From an uncultured delta proteobacterium (GTDB taxonomy: Bacteria > Desulfobacterota > Binatia > UBA9968), in contig CAVUVW010000023.1 of assembly GCA_963745035.1 (NCBI GenBank), positions 29,915 through 93,914 on the forward strand: a stretch of DNA of 64,000 bases. Reading direction: 5' to 3'. Shown piece after piece: positions 56,121 to 64,000 of this stretch. The notes under the pieces were generated by a model. It was given only the letters and a program-made list of their open reading frames with translations. It searched no databases and had not been told where the DNA came from. The translations under genes were made by a program, and so were the position numbers. How positions within the stretch are numbered: the stretch's first letter is position 1; every line of letters starts with the position of its first letter.

Positions 56121-56818
56121 ATGACTGAACTTGTTGGCGTTGATGGATGTGCAGAAGGCTGGATTTTCTTGGTTGAGAGTGGTGGCCAACTTGAGGTCGG
56201 CGTCCTGCCGAATTTGCAATCGCTGCTAAAGGACATGACCAACAGCGCTATAGTTGCTATTGATGTCCCGATTGGACTGACGGAATGTGGACCGAGAGAG
56301 TGCGACATTGAGGCGCGGCGTCTGCTCGGCTCACCTCGTGCGAGCAGCGTCTTTCCAGCACCGGTCCGCGCGTGCTTGGACGCCGCATCGTATGCGGAAG
56401 CGTGCGAGGCTCACCACCGTGCAGACGGGCGGCGCATGTCTCAACAAGCTTTCGGGATTTTGAAAAAAATTCGTGAAGTGAACGAAGTGATGTTGCGGAA
56501 TCCAAAACTTCAGGCTCGCATCCGAGAAGTACATCCAGAAGTGTGCTTCGCGCGTGGAACAGTGGAAAGCCGATGTCGCACCGCAAGAGTCGCCGGACCG
56601 GAAGTCTGGAACGAGAAGCGCTCATCGATTCGGTCTGGCCAGGCGAACGGGATCGACTCCGTAGTCTAATCCGCGGCCAACGGTACAAGGCGGACGATCT
56701 TAACGACGCGTTCGCAGCGCTTTGGACTGCGCGTCGGATTCTGAAGCTTAAAGCCGCCGTCCTACCGGTGTCGCCCCGTGAAGACGCTGTTGGTCTTCGA
56801 ATGGAAATCGTAGTGTGA
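56121..56818 (+). CDS. DUF429 family predicted RNase-H-fold nuclease (frameshift ~56550; cassette)
   Basis: VGVDG..GW, AIDVPIGL, RECD..AR, SSVFPAP, EVHPE, DDLNDA. Confidence 0.8.
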
Positions 56819-56827
56819 GCGCCAACC

Positions 56828-56911
56828 GCATAACGAGCGGCTTGAGACGGATCTTCGGACCCGCTTGCCTTTGCCTCGCTGGCCTTGTCCGCTCAGCCTA
56901 AAACGTTATCC
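56828..56911 (+). repeat. attC site 3
   Basis: GCATAACgagcggcttgagacgga...tccgctcagcctaaaacGTTATCC; GCATAAC complements upstream GTTATGC. Confidence 0.85.
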
Positions 56912-56947
56912 CCCCTGAGCAGTCAGTTTGCCGAAAGGAGTTTTCCG

Positions 56948-57373
56948 ATGACCATCGCGTCTGATCTCTTGGAGAGACACATTCAAACTCTTGTTGCCGA
57001 TCCCACGCAATGGCAAACGCTGATCGCCGACGACATGGTTTGGGAATTGGCCTATGCGCCCGCCATCGGCCATCCCGCGCGGCTGTCTGGCCGGGACGAG
57101 ATCATTCGGCATGTAACGTGGTTCCTGAGTGCCGTGGAGAACTTTCGTTTCATCGAACCCAGGATCTCAGCCTTCGCCGATCCCTTAGCTGCGGTCGTTC
57201 AAGTGAAAGCGGAAGCGTTGATCAAACCTACTGGCCGGGTTTATCGTCAAGAGTACGTGATGTTTCTGATCGCCAAGGACGGAAAGATCGCTCACATACG
57301 TGAGTATTTCGACCCAACGCGAGCGGCCAAGTCGATGAACGAGTCGATCCTCGATCTTGAACCGTGGTTATGA
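56948..57373 (+). CDS. SnoaL/NTF2-like protein (cassette)
   Basis: LIADDMVWE, GRDEI, TGRVYRQEY, DGKIAHIREYFDP. Confidence 0.85.
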   Translation: MTIASDLLERHIQTLVADPTQWQTLIADDMVWELAYAPAIGHPARLSGRDEIIRHVTWFLSAVENFRFIEPRISAFADPLAAVVQVKAEALIKPTGRVYRQEYVMFLIAKDGKIAHIREYFDPTRAAKSMNESILDLEPWL

Positions 57374-57390
57374 TCGCCGTTCTTGCAGGC

Positions 57391-57495
57391 AGATAACCAC
57401 CCACTGCAGTTGACGAGCCGCATGCGATGAGGGTTTCGTCGAGCTATGTGTGTTCCTGTTCTGCACACGGCTCGCAACTGAGCGGCAGGTTAGTT
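57391..57495 (+). repeat. attC site 4
   Basis: AGATAACcacccactgcagttgacgagccg...cggctcgcaactgagcggcagGTTAGTT. Confidence 0.87.
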
Positions 57496-57512
57496 TTCCA
57501 TTGGATATCTCT

Positions 57513-58220
57513 ATGCCGCACCAAAGCTCTCAACTCAGCCCACTTCAGTACCGCATCCACATGGAGTTTGACACGGCGGCAGATTACATCTGGAAGGCAC
57601 CGGGACTTATCCAGCACGAAACTGTATTGGAGGCCAAGAAGCTTCGCGAATACTTTCCAAGTGGCGGCGAGATTGCAGACTTTCGATGGCGCCGCGAGTC
57701 CGAAAAACTTGAAAGCTGTTTTCCCTACCTGATTGCAGTTGGCAACCTTTTTTCAGCGACGTCATTGTTTGAAACGTACCTTATGCTGATCGCTCGCATC
57801 CTCGACGCACATTTCAGTTCACTTAGTTTGTGCAGACGTCAAGGCGTTTCCCGAATTCGGGAGTTCTTTTCCAGGATCGGATTGCGCGAATCAAACCTCA
57901 CTACCTATCAGGTCACGAAGAACGCAATTACAATCAGGAACTGCTTGTTCCATTGCAGTGGAGTGCTTTCCTGGTCAAGGGATAGCGAGTCCCTTCGCAT
58001 TTTGGTACGGGATGGAAAGTATTTATCCGTTGACGACCGGGCTCGTCGTCTAGAACTGGGAGGCGTGTTCGACGAAGTCCAGATCGTTGATTCGTTCCTT
58101 GGGGAGCGGATTCAGGTTGACAATTCATATTCTCATCTCGTTTGCGCTTACTTTCGAGATCATCTACTACAGCTTGCTGATGCCGCGGAGGCACTAATGC
58201 CCGCGGGTATGAAAAGCTAA
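57513..58220 (+). CDS. Hypothetical protein with HEPN-like RX4H motif (cassette)
   Basis: SLFETYL helix plus IRNCLFH; stop TAA lies inside the attC R'' AGCTAAC. Confidence 0.6.
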   Translation: MPHQSSQLSPLQYRIHMEFDTAADYIWKAPGLIQHETVLEAKKLREYFPSGGEIADFRWRRESEKLESCFPYLIAVGNLFSATSLFETYLMLIARILDAHFSSLSLCRRQGVSRIREFFSRIGLRESNLTTYQVTKNAITIRNCLFHCSGVLSWSRDSESLRILVRDGKYLSVDDRARRLELGGVFDEVQIVDSFLGERIQVDNSYSHLVCAYFRDHLLQLADAAEALMPAGMKS

Positions 58221-58300
58221 CCCGCGGCTTAAAACTGATGTCGAAAACGCTCTCCTTTCAGGTTCGCGTCTTCGCCACGGTTTAGCCGCAAACGTTAGGC
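58215..58300 (+). repeat. attC site 5
   Basis: AGCTAACccgcggcttaaaactg...cggtttagccgcaaacGTTAGGC. Confidence 0.85.
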
Positions 58301-58317
58301 ATCAGGAAGGGAAGTCG

Positions 58318-58695
58318 ATGCACAGAAGCAGACTGGGAAACATCGTCATTGATTGCCAAACGGAAGATCTTCTGTCAGAGGCTCAGTTTTGGAGTGCCGC
58401 ACTGGGTTACTCATTACCCCAAGATTTGGATGTAATCAGCAGCTTTATCCAGCTCGTAACTCCACCCGGCGACGTGCAGGTCATCATTCAGCGAGTTCGT
58501 CATGAAGCGCGGGCACATCTTGATATTGAGACAGACTCAATAGATTTGGAGGTTGCGCGCTTGGAGCGCTTGGGGGCAACAGTCGTGTCCCGCAATGATG
58601 GATGGGTGATAATGCAAGCTCCGACTGGGCATCGGTTCTGCGTTGGTAGTCCCTATCGTGGCGGCTTCGATCAGGGAGCCAACACATGGGAGTGA
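58318..58695 (+). CDS. VOC/glyoxalase-like protein (cassette)
   Basis: IVIDC, FWSAALG, RAHLDIE, LERLGA, APTGHRFC. Confidence 0.85.
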   Translation: MHRSRLGNIVIDCQTEDLLSEAQFWSAALGYSLPQDLDVISSFIQLVTPPGDVQVIIQRVRHEARAHLDIETDSIDLEVARLERLGATVVSRNDGWVIMQAPTGHRFCVGSPYRGGFDQGANTWE

Positions 58696-58696
58696 T

Positions 58697-58765
58697 GCCT
58701 AACAATGCATTCAAGTCATTCAAGCCGAAGCCGCTTCGCGGCGCGGCTTAATTCAAGCGTTAGCC
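58697..58765 (+). repeat. attC site 6, aadA-type short attC with a 9-bp internal duplication
   Basis: GCCTAACaatgcattcaagtcattcaagccgaagccgcttcgcggcgcggcttaattcaagcGTTAGCC. Confidence 0.9.
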
Positions 58766-58997
58766 ACCTAAACACGGAGTCAGCGAGCCGATAGTAAGAT
58801 TTCTACTGCTGAGGAAACTTTCAGATGTAGTAACGGCTCACCAAGAAGTACGGGAAAGTCAAAGTTACTTCTGACTCTAACGCGAGGGCACGCTTTGGCT
58901 AACCTTCCCAGACGACACAATTCAAACCACTGCGTGGAACCAACAGCAAATAAGGTTTCGTGGGAGGCGGCCTGGGCGAAAGCGGTGCATCCCCTAC

Positions 58998-59974
58998 TTA
59001 CTTGAGGCCGTACTGCGCCACCATGCGATCGATGAAACCGGTGGTTTCCAGTTCTTTGAGGATCGAGTGATCCACGAACTGCGCTGGGTTTGCCTTCAAG
59101 GCTTTAGGCTCACTCTTGCTCACCTCCTGAATGGGAATCTCCAACTCCGCATCCGTGGCATAGGGGCGAAGGCTATGATCGTAAGCGCGAAAGTTTTCCT
59201 CCAACACCTCTCGATCCTGTATCCGCATGTATTTGCTCATCACCCTGAAGCTTTGCTCCTTGTGAGTCTTGTAATAGCAGATGCCTTCGATCAAGCCTTC
59301 ATGAAATTAATCACCACCGGCCGATTGGCTTGAATGAAAGCTCTTCTAGTCACCACGACCGCGCTCGTATACGGAATTTTTAGACGAGAGGCGTCGATCA
59401 AAAGGGGGAATCCTTTCTTTCTCGCCATCAGGGTAATCGGTGGCGTGACAATCGCGGCATCGGCGCGCCCCGCTTCGACCGCAAGCAGCCGGCTGGTTTG
59501 ATTTCCAAACTGGAGTAAGGCTACCTCGCTCTCCGGCTTTAAGCCCTCCCTCTGGAGCAAGAAACGTCCCATGAAATCCGACGAACTGCCGTATCGGCCG
59601 ATTGCGAGGCTCTTGATCTGTTTGACGTCCGCGACTCCTTTTTTGCCAAAAATATTATTATCCATGAACTGATTGAAGCTCATGGTTATGGCGAAATCCA
59701 TTCCCTTTATATTGTTGGCGATGGCCAGCATCGGAGAAAACTGTGCCATCTGCACATCATTATTGAGCAGAGCGGAAATCGAGACGGTGGCACCCTGGAT
59801 GAACACTAAGCGAACCGTGTTGCCGTATTTTTCAAAGAAGCCGAGATCCGCGGCTATCCATAAAGGCGCGGTATTTCCAGAATCGCTCGCGGTACTGAAG
59901 TTGATAATGTCTGCGCCGGCCGGGTTGGTTGCAGCGAAAAAGAGGAAAACCGCAATAAGAGCGAGTTTTTCCAT
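58998..59974 (-). CDS. NitT/TauT substrate-binding protein (frameshift ~59292)
   Basis: PLWIAADLGFFEKYG, GRYGSSSDF, IEGICYYK, FVDHSILKELE. Confidence 0.82.
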
Positions 59975-60057
59975 AGAGAACTGTCCTTCAGTCGCTTAGC
60001 GCTCTGCGGTCGGCCTGTGTTAACCCGTGACCCGGCTGCCATAAAACGTTCAAATCG

Positions 60058-60312
60058 TTACTCGTTCAGAGAATCGAGGCTCGAAGTTGAACAGGTTGTG
60101 GCTCCCTCTTCCGTCGTCGCCTGGTCTCGTTCGTTGTCAGCGGCTGTTTTCGCCCATTTCATTTTCACTGCGGGTAGCCCCAGCCTCTTGGCTAGCCGCG
60201 CGCACGAAGAACATACAACCATATTGAGCAGAACCACGCCTTCATCTTCGGTGGTGACCCGATACGGGTTTCGTTTTGTGATGTCGTTGCAGCGCCGGCA
60301 AACAAACTCCAT
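60058..60312 (-). CDS. Small CxxC..CxxC (Zn-ribbon-like) protein, copy 1
   Basis: CRRC and CSSC; AAGGAGG RBS; mainly synonymous differences from copy 2 in the core. Confidence 0.75.
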   Translation of the reverse strand: MEFVCRRCNDITKRNPYRVTTEDEGVVLLNMVVCSSCARLAKRLGLPAVKMKWAKTAADNERDQATTEEGATTCSTSSLDSLNE

Positions 60313-60465
60313 GTCCCTTTACCTCCTTGCGATTTGAAGCGCGAATCGCTTCACAACGGATTGATCAAGAAAAATTATCGGAAGAACGTGAACGTTAACG
60401 CAGCGTACGCAGCAATCACCAACGTGGCAAGAAAAAAAACACCGTTGCCGCCCATCTCCCGGGCG

Positions 60466-60500
60466 TTATCCACAGCTCCATGTAAACAAGCTGTTTATAA
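60466..60500. promoter_or_regulatory. DnaA-box-like cluster, copy 1
   Basis: Perfect TTATCCACA plus inverted degenerate TGTAAACAA and TGTTTATAA. Confidence 0.5.
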
Positions 60501-60948
60501 CCTCCGTTTGACGACTGTTGCCCCGGCCAACTCAAATTGCCTAAAGCATGAGCGAAAGAAAATAAAAATTCAGAAGCAGGCCAGCGCCGTGAGCTTATGT
60601 TGAATCGCATTAGCTCAAGCGGCGAAACTACAGAGATCGAATTGTGGCTTGGTGGTAGAAGCCTGCCGGCGCCTCGCTATACATCTCCTTAACGCGATTC
60701 GTTGATTTTGAGCCATCCCAGACTTTCTTTCTTGTTTGTCTTGTGAAGGTGAATCGATTCGGTGTGACATGGGTCGGACCCATGAGACCGACGTGAACAT
60801 CATCCGTGGTTGCACCGGATCTTGGCAGAGTTATCGGTCGACGCGATCAAAGCAACATGATGCCGCGGTCTCTATCATCATGCCCCGACAAAATAGTCGC
60901 CGAGTACCGGTGAACCGGTGCCGTGAAACGCTGAAGTCGTTCGGCAGT

Positions 60949-61194
60949 TCAGGAAACCGAGGCTCGAAGCTGAACAGGTTGTGGCTCCCTGTCCGTCATC
61001 GCCTGGTCCCGTTCGTTGTTAGCGGTTGTTTTCGCCCATTTTATTTTCACTGCGGGTAGCCCCAGCCTCTTCGCTAGCCGCGCGCACGAAGAGCAGACCA
61101 CCATATTGAGCAGCACTACGCCTGCATCTTCGGTGGTGACTCGATAGGGGTTTTGTTTGGTCATGTGATAGCAGCGCCGGCAAACAAACTCCAT
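60949..61194 (-). CDS. Small CxxC..CxxC (Zn-ribbon-like) protein, copy 2
   Basis: CRRC and CSSC; AAGGAGG RBS. Confidence 0.75.
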   Translation of the reverse strand: MEFVCRRCYHMTKQNPYRVTTEDAGVVLLNMVVCSSCARLAKRLGLPAVKIKWAKTTANNERDQAMTDREPQPVQLRASVS

Positions 61195-61345
61195 GTTCTT
61201 TTTACCTCCTTGCGATTAAAGCGCGAGGCGCTTCACAACGGATTGAAAAAATCCCGATGAAGAATGTGAAGAGTTGACGAAGCGTACGCAGTAATTGCCA
61301 AAGTGGCAACAAAAAAAACCACCGTTGCCGCGCATCCCTTGGGCG

Positions 61346-61380
61346 TTATCCACAGCTCCATGTGAACAAGCTGTTTATAA
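61346..61380. promoter_or_regulatory. DnaA-box-like cluster, copy 2
   Basis: TTATCCACA, TGTGAACAA, TGTTTATAA with identical spacing. Confidence 0.5.
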
Positions 61381-61660
61381 CCTCCGTTTTACGACCGTTG
61401 TTACGGCCAGCTCAAATTGCCTAAAGCATGAGCGAAAGAAAATAAAAATTTCAGCAGCCCCTGCAGCTTCTTCTTGGGAGGCCAGCGACATGAGTTTGTG
61501 TTAAATCGAACCGCATTGACAACGACTTAGCGGCAAACTATACGAGGGCTATGTTCTGCATCGTTTTCGTCCTGTCAATTCTTCTCCTCCTTCAAGATAC
61601 GTCGTCATCGGTATTTGCCTTGGAACGACACATCCATGCTCGCAATACCCGGAACCTGAC

Positions 61661-61944
61661 GTGCTCTCGAACCTCACGCGCGACCGCGACATCACCGAGC
61701 AGATGTGGATCAATTACTACACCGAGGGCGGTGGCGTGAAATCCGAAGTCCGGCTCCTGAACGACGCGTTGCAGGCGTCAACGACGACTTTGGTACGGAG
61801 TTCTGGGCGCCGAAAGAGACCGGCGCGACCGTGCTCTGGGCGGTCGTTCACGACAATCGCGGCGGCATGAGCTGGGTGGGGGCGCCCATCTTGATGAGAA
61901 GCCGCCCGCGACTCCCTAGTTTTCCGGAGCTGATTTTGGGGTGA
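61661..61944 (+). pseudogene. 3' fragment of a high-GC hypothetical gene
   Basis: EQMWINYY...VRLLNDA...WAVVHDNRGGMSW over a frameshift; no start seen. Confidence 0.4.
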
Positions 61945-61989
61945 GCTCTGCGCGGCGCTCGACGTCGGCGGGACGGCGCGCGCTCCCCC

Positions 61990-63699
61990 TTAGCGACCAC
62001 CCAGGTCGATCTCGCTGACCGCGGACCAGAGGAAAGCGCGGTCGCTGCGGCCGAAGCAGAGCGCGACGAGGTCGCGCAGCGGACCCGGAAGCGGCACCAG
62101 GGCGCTCAGAACGCCGAGCGCGCTGACGAAGCGCGGCAGTCCGAGGGCGGTGGGTCGGAGCCGGTGCGGACCGATCAGCGCCGGCTGCAGCGCTTCGGCG
62201 CCGGCGCCGATCATGTCCCTGAGCTCGCTCAGCGCCAGATCGAAGCCGCCCAGGCGGTCGACCAGGCCGCGGGCTTGCGCGTCACGGCCGCTCCAGATCC
62301 GCCCGCCGGCGAGCGCGTCGATTTCGGCAAACTCGCGGTTCCGGCCCAGCGCCACCGCCGCCACGAACCCCTGGTACACGTGCTCGAGCTGGCGCTCGAT
62401 CACGGCGCGCTCGCCGTCTCCGAGCTCGCGCGTCGGCGAATGCATGTCCACGCGCGCCCCGCGCTTCACGACCTCGACCGCTACGCCGAGCCGTTCCAGA
62501 AGCGGCCCGACCACGATCCGCGCCGCGACCACGCCGATCGACCCCGTCACGGTCGTGGGCTGGGCGACGATCCGGTCGCGCGCCGACCGCGATAATGAGC
62601 CGCCGCTGGCCGCGCTGTCGGCCAGAAATGCCACGAGCGGTTTCTTCTCCGCCAGGCGCCGGGCCGCGTAGAGCATGCGATCGGACGCCAGCGCGCTGCC
62701 GCCGCGCGAATCGACGTGCAGGACCACGCCGCGCACCGAGCGATCGTCGATCGCGCCCTCCAGCGCTTCGCACACCACTTCCTCGGAGGCCACCGGCATC
62801 GGCCCGCGCGCCTCCGAAACGATCGGGCCGTGCACCTGGACCACGCCGATCCGCGGCCGCGGCAGGCGGCGCCACGGGATCTGCCGCCGCCGCAGATAGC
62901 GTCCCGCTTTGACCAGTTTTGCGCCGTCCTTGGCGCGCGGATCGAGCTGTTTCTCCAGACCGTCCGGGTACACGATCGCGTCGGCCATGCCGTGATCGAC
63001 GGCGCCCTGCGCGGGCCAGGGCCCCTCGTCGATGAAGCGCTCGACCGCGTCGCGCGCGAGCTTGCGACCGCTCGCCAGCGCGTCGACCAGCACGTCCCAC
63101 GCGGTGTCGAGCAACAGGCCGAGCTGCTCGCGCTGCGGCGCGCTCATCTGCTCGAGCTGCAGCGGCTCGCCGGCGGTCTTGTACGCGCCGCGGGCGAACA
63201 CCTCGGCGTGAACGCCGGCGCGGTCCAGCGCACGCCGCAGGTACGGCGCCTCGATCGCGAAGCCGAGCGCGGTGACGTCGGTCTCCGGTCCGAGCAAGAT
63301 CTGGTCCGCGGCCGAAGCCACGTAGAGCTCGCGGGTCCCCGCGCCCGACGGAAGATACACTGCGACGCGCAGGTGCTTCAGTTTTGCCAGCAGCAGCAGT
63401 TCACGCAGGTCGGTTGCCGTCGCGCTGCCGCAATGCAGCCGTTCGATTTCGAACAGGATCCCGGCGACCCGCGCATCGGCCGCGGCGGCTTCGACCAATC
63501 GGCGCAACGCTTGCAGTGCGAAAGGGCGCCTCTCCCGGCGCCAGAAGGGCAGCCGCGGTGCGAACTCGACCACGGCGCCGTCGATCTCGAGCCTGAGCCA
63601 GGCTTTCTCGGGGCACGCGCGCGCCCTGCGCCAGGCGTAAAGCGGAAACAACAGCAGGATCAGCGCGTTGACGAGCAGAACGTAGAAGAGGCGCAGCAT
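61990..63699 (-). CDS. sppA: Signal peptide peptidase SppA (protease IV, S49), 67K type
   Basis: LYVASAAD, GAYKTAGEP, LHVDSRGGSALASD, AASGG, TGSIGV, GGRIWSG..A. Confidence 0.9.
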   Translation of the reverse strand: MLRLFYVLLVNALILLLFPLYAWRRARACPEKAWLRLEIDGAVVEFAPRLPFWRRERRPFALQALRRLVEAAAADARVAGILFEIERLHCGSATATDLRELLLLAKLKHLRVAVYLPSGAGTRELYVASAADQILLGPETDVTALGFAIEAPYLRRALDRAGVHAEVFARGAYKTAGEPLQLEQMSAPQREQLGLLLDTAWDVLVDALASGRKLARDAVERFIDEGPWPAQGAVDHGMADAIVYPDGLEKQLDPRAKDGAKLVKAGRYLRRRQIPWRRLPRPRIGVVQVHGPIVSEARGPMPVASEEVVCEALEGAIDDRSVRGVVLHVDSRGGSALASDRMLYAARRLAEKKPLVAFLADSAASGGSLSRSARDRIVAQPTTVTGSIGVVAARIVVGPLLERLGVAVEVVKRGARVDMHSPTRELGDGERAVIERQLEHVYQGFVAAVALGRNREFAEIDALAGGRIWSGRDAQARGLVDRLGGFDLALSELRDMIGAGAEALQPALIGPHRLRPTALGLPRFVSALGVLSALVPLPGPLRDLVALCFGRSDRAFLWSAVSEIDLGGR

Positions 63700-64000
63700 T
63701 GGCGATTCGAGCCGGAGTCAGTGGTGATCGACAGCACTGACAACGGGTCCTTGCCGATCGTGATCACGTTGTCACCTTTTTCGACCATGAACTCGGGGCC
63801 GACGTTGAGCTCGACGCGCTCGCCACGGCGCACGCCGATCGGCAAGTGTCCGTGGGTTTTGCAGCTTTCGACCAACGTGCCGTACGCCTGGGTGCGTGAA
63901 CCGGTGTATCGCGTGAGAAACACCTTCTGGCCGCGAAGGTTCGAGGTCAGCTCCTCGACCACTTCCTGCACGCCGGGATTCAACAGCTCGTGGCTCAAGA
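63660..64000 (-). CDS. C-terminal RCK/TrkA-C-like domain of a probable K+ channel (runs off window)
   Basis: HELLNPGV..VVEEL, LPIGVRRG....LN, KGD.VI. Confidence 0.55.
   Translation of the reverse strand, partial: LSHELLNPGVQEVVEELTSNLRGQKVFLTRYTGSRTQAYGTLVESCKTHGHLPIGVRRGERVELNVGPEFMVEKGDNVITIGKDPLSVLSITTDSGSNRQCCASSTFCSSTR

Larger units (their letters stand above)
53687..58903 (+). mobile_element. Integron cassette array lacking integrase (CALIN)
   Basis: Six attC sites separating short co-oriented genes; cassette-flanking GTTRRRY/RYYYAAC cores are complementary. Confidence 0.88.
60070..61510. repeat. Tandem direct duplication of ~550-bp unit (~60070-60610 and ~60955-61510)
   Basis: Gene plus ~290 bp upstream region align closely; separated by ~340 bp unique spacer. 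Confidence 0.9.

Noticed and set aside
58809-58878. Hammerhead-like CTGAGGA...GAAAgtca...tgacTC in the ORF-less cassette
   Set aside because: Stem III can form but stems I and II cannot pair next to the core
50-59974. Many split genes suggesting mass pseudogenisation
   Set aside because: Breaks are mostly single-base indels, often in homopolymers, and hit housekeeping genes such as gcvT; uncorrected long-read error is more likely
60466-61380. oriC suggested by DnaA boxes
   Set aside because: Only one perfect box per unit, no dnaA/dnaN/gidA context and no clear unwinding element
60334-61504. Plus-strand ORFs in both duplicated units ending SLC-stop
   Set aside because: Starts differ, no RBS, and most substitutions are non-synonymous
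62150-63616. Arg/Ala/Pro-rich ORFs overlapping sppA
   Set aside because: High-GC shadow ORFs

Overview
About 64 kb of bacterial DNA. From 1 to ~61.6 kb it is roughly mid-50s % GC by eye. Its gene content resembles Candidatus Binatia/Deltaproteobacteria (inference): seven NitT/TauT-type substrate-binding proteins, CoA-transferases, cupins, an amidohydrolase and many short intergenic repeats. Many genes carry single-base frameshifts in homopolymers, most likely long-read errors. Core and metabolic genes include gcvH(5' end)/gcvT/folD, a LigAB-like ring-cleavage operon, ald, an ABC transporter, phoD and an M20 peptidase. Accessory elements: (1) an intact IS481 with a 6-bp target duplication; (2) a low-GC three-gene defence-like islet (AbiGi-like, DUF5677/HEPN-like, alpha/beta hydrolase); (3) an integrase-less integron cassette array (CALIN, ~53.7-58.9 kb) with six attC sites, an RX4H HEPN-like cassette, an apparently ORF-less last cassette, and an inverted-repeat-bounded HUH (Y1/RAYT-like) transposase sitting where an attC is missing; (4) a tandem-duplicated ~550-bp unit pairing a small CxxC..CxxC protein with a conserved upstream cluster of DnaA-box-like sites. 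After ~61.6 kb GC jumps to ~70% (sppA region), suggesting a chimeric or contig junction or foreign DNA. No rRNA, tRNA or CRISPR array was recognised. All family assignments are from motif recognition, not database searches.
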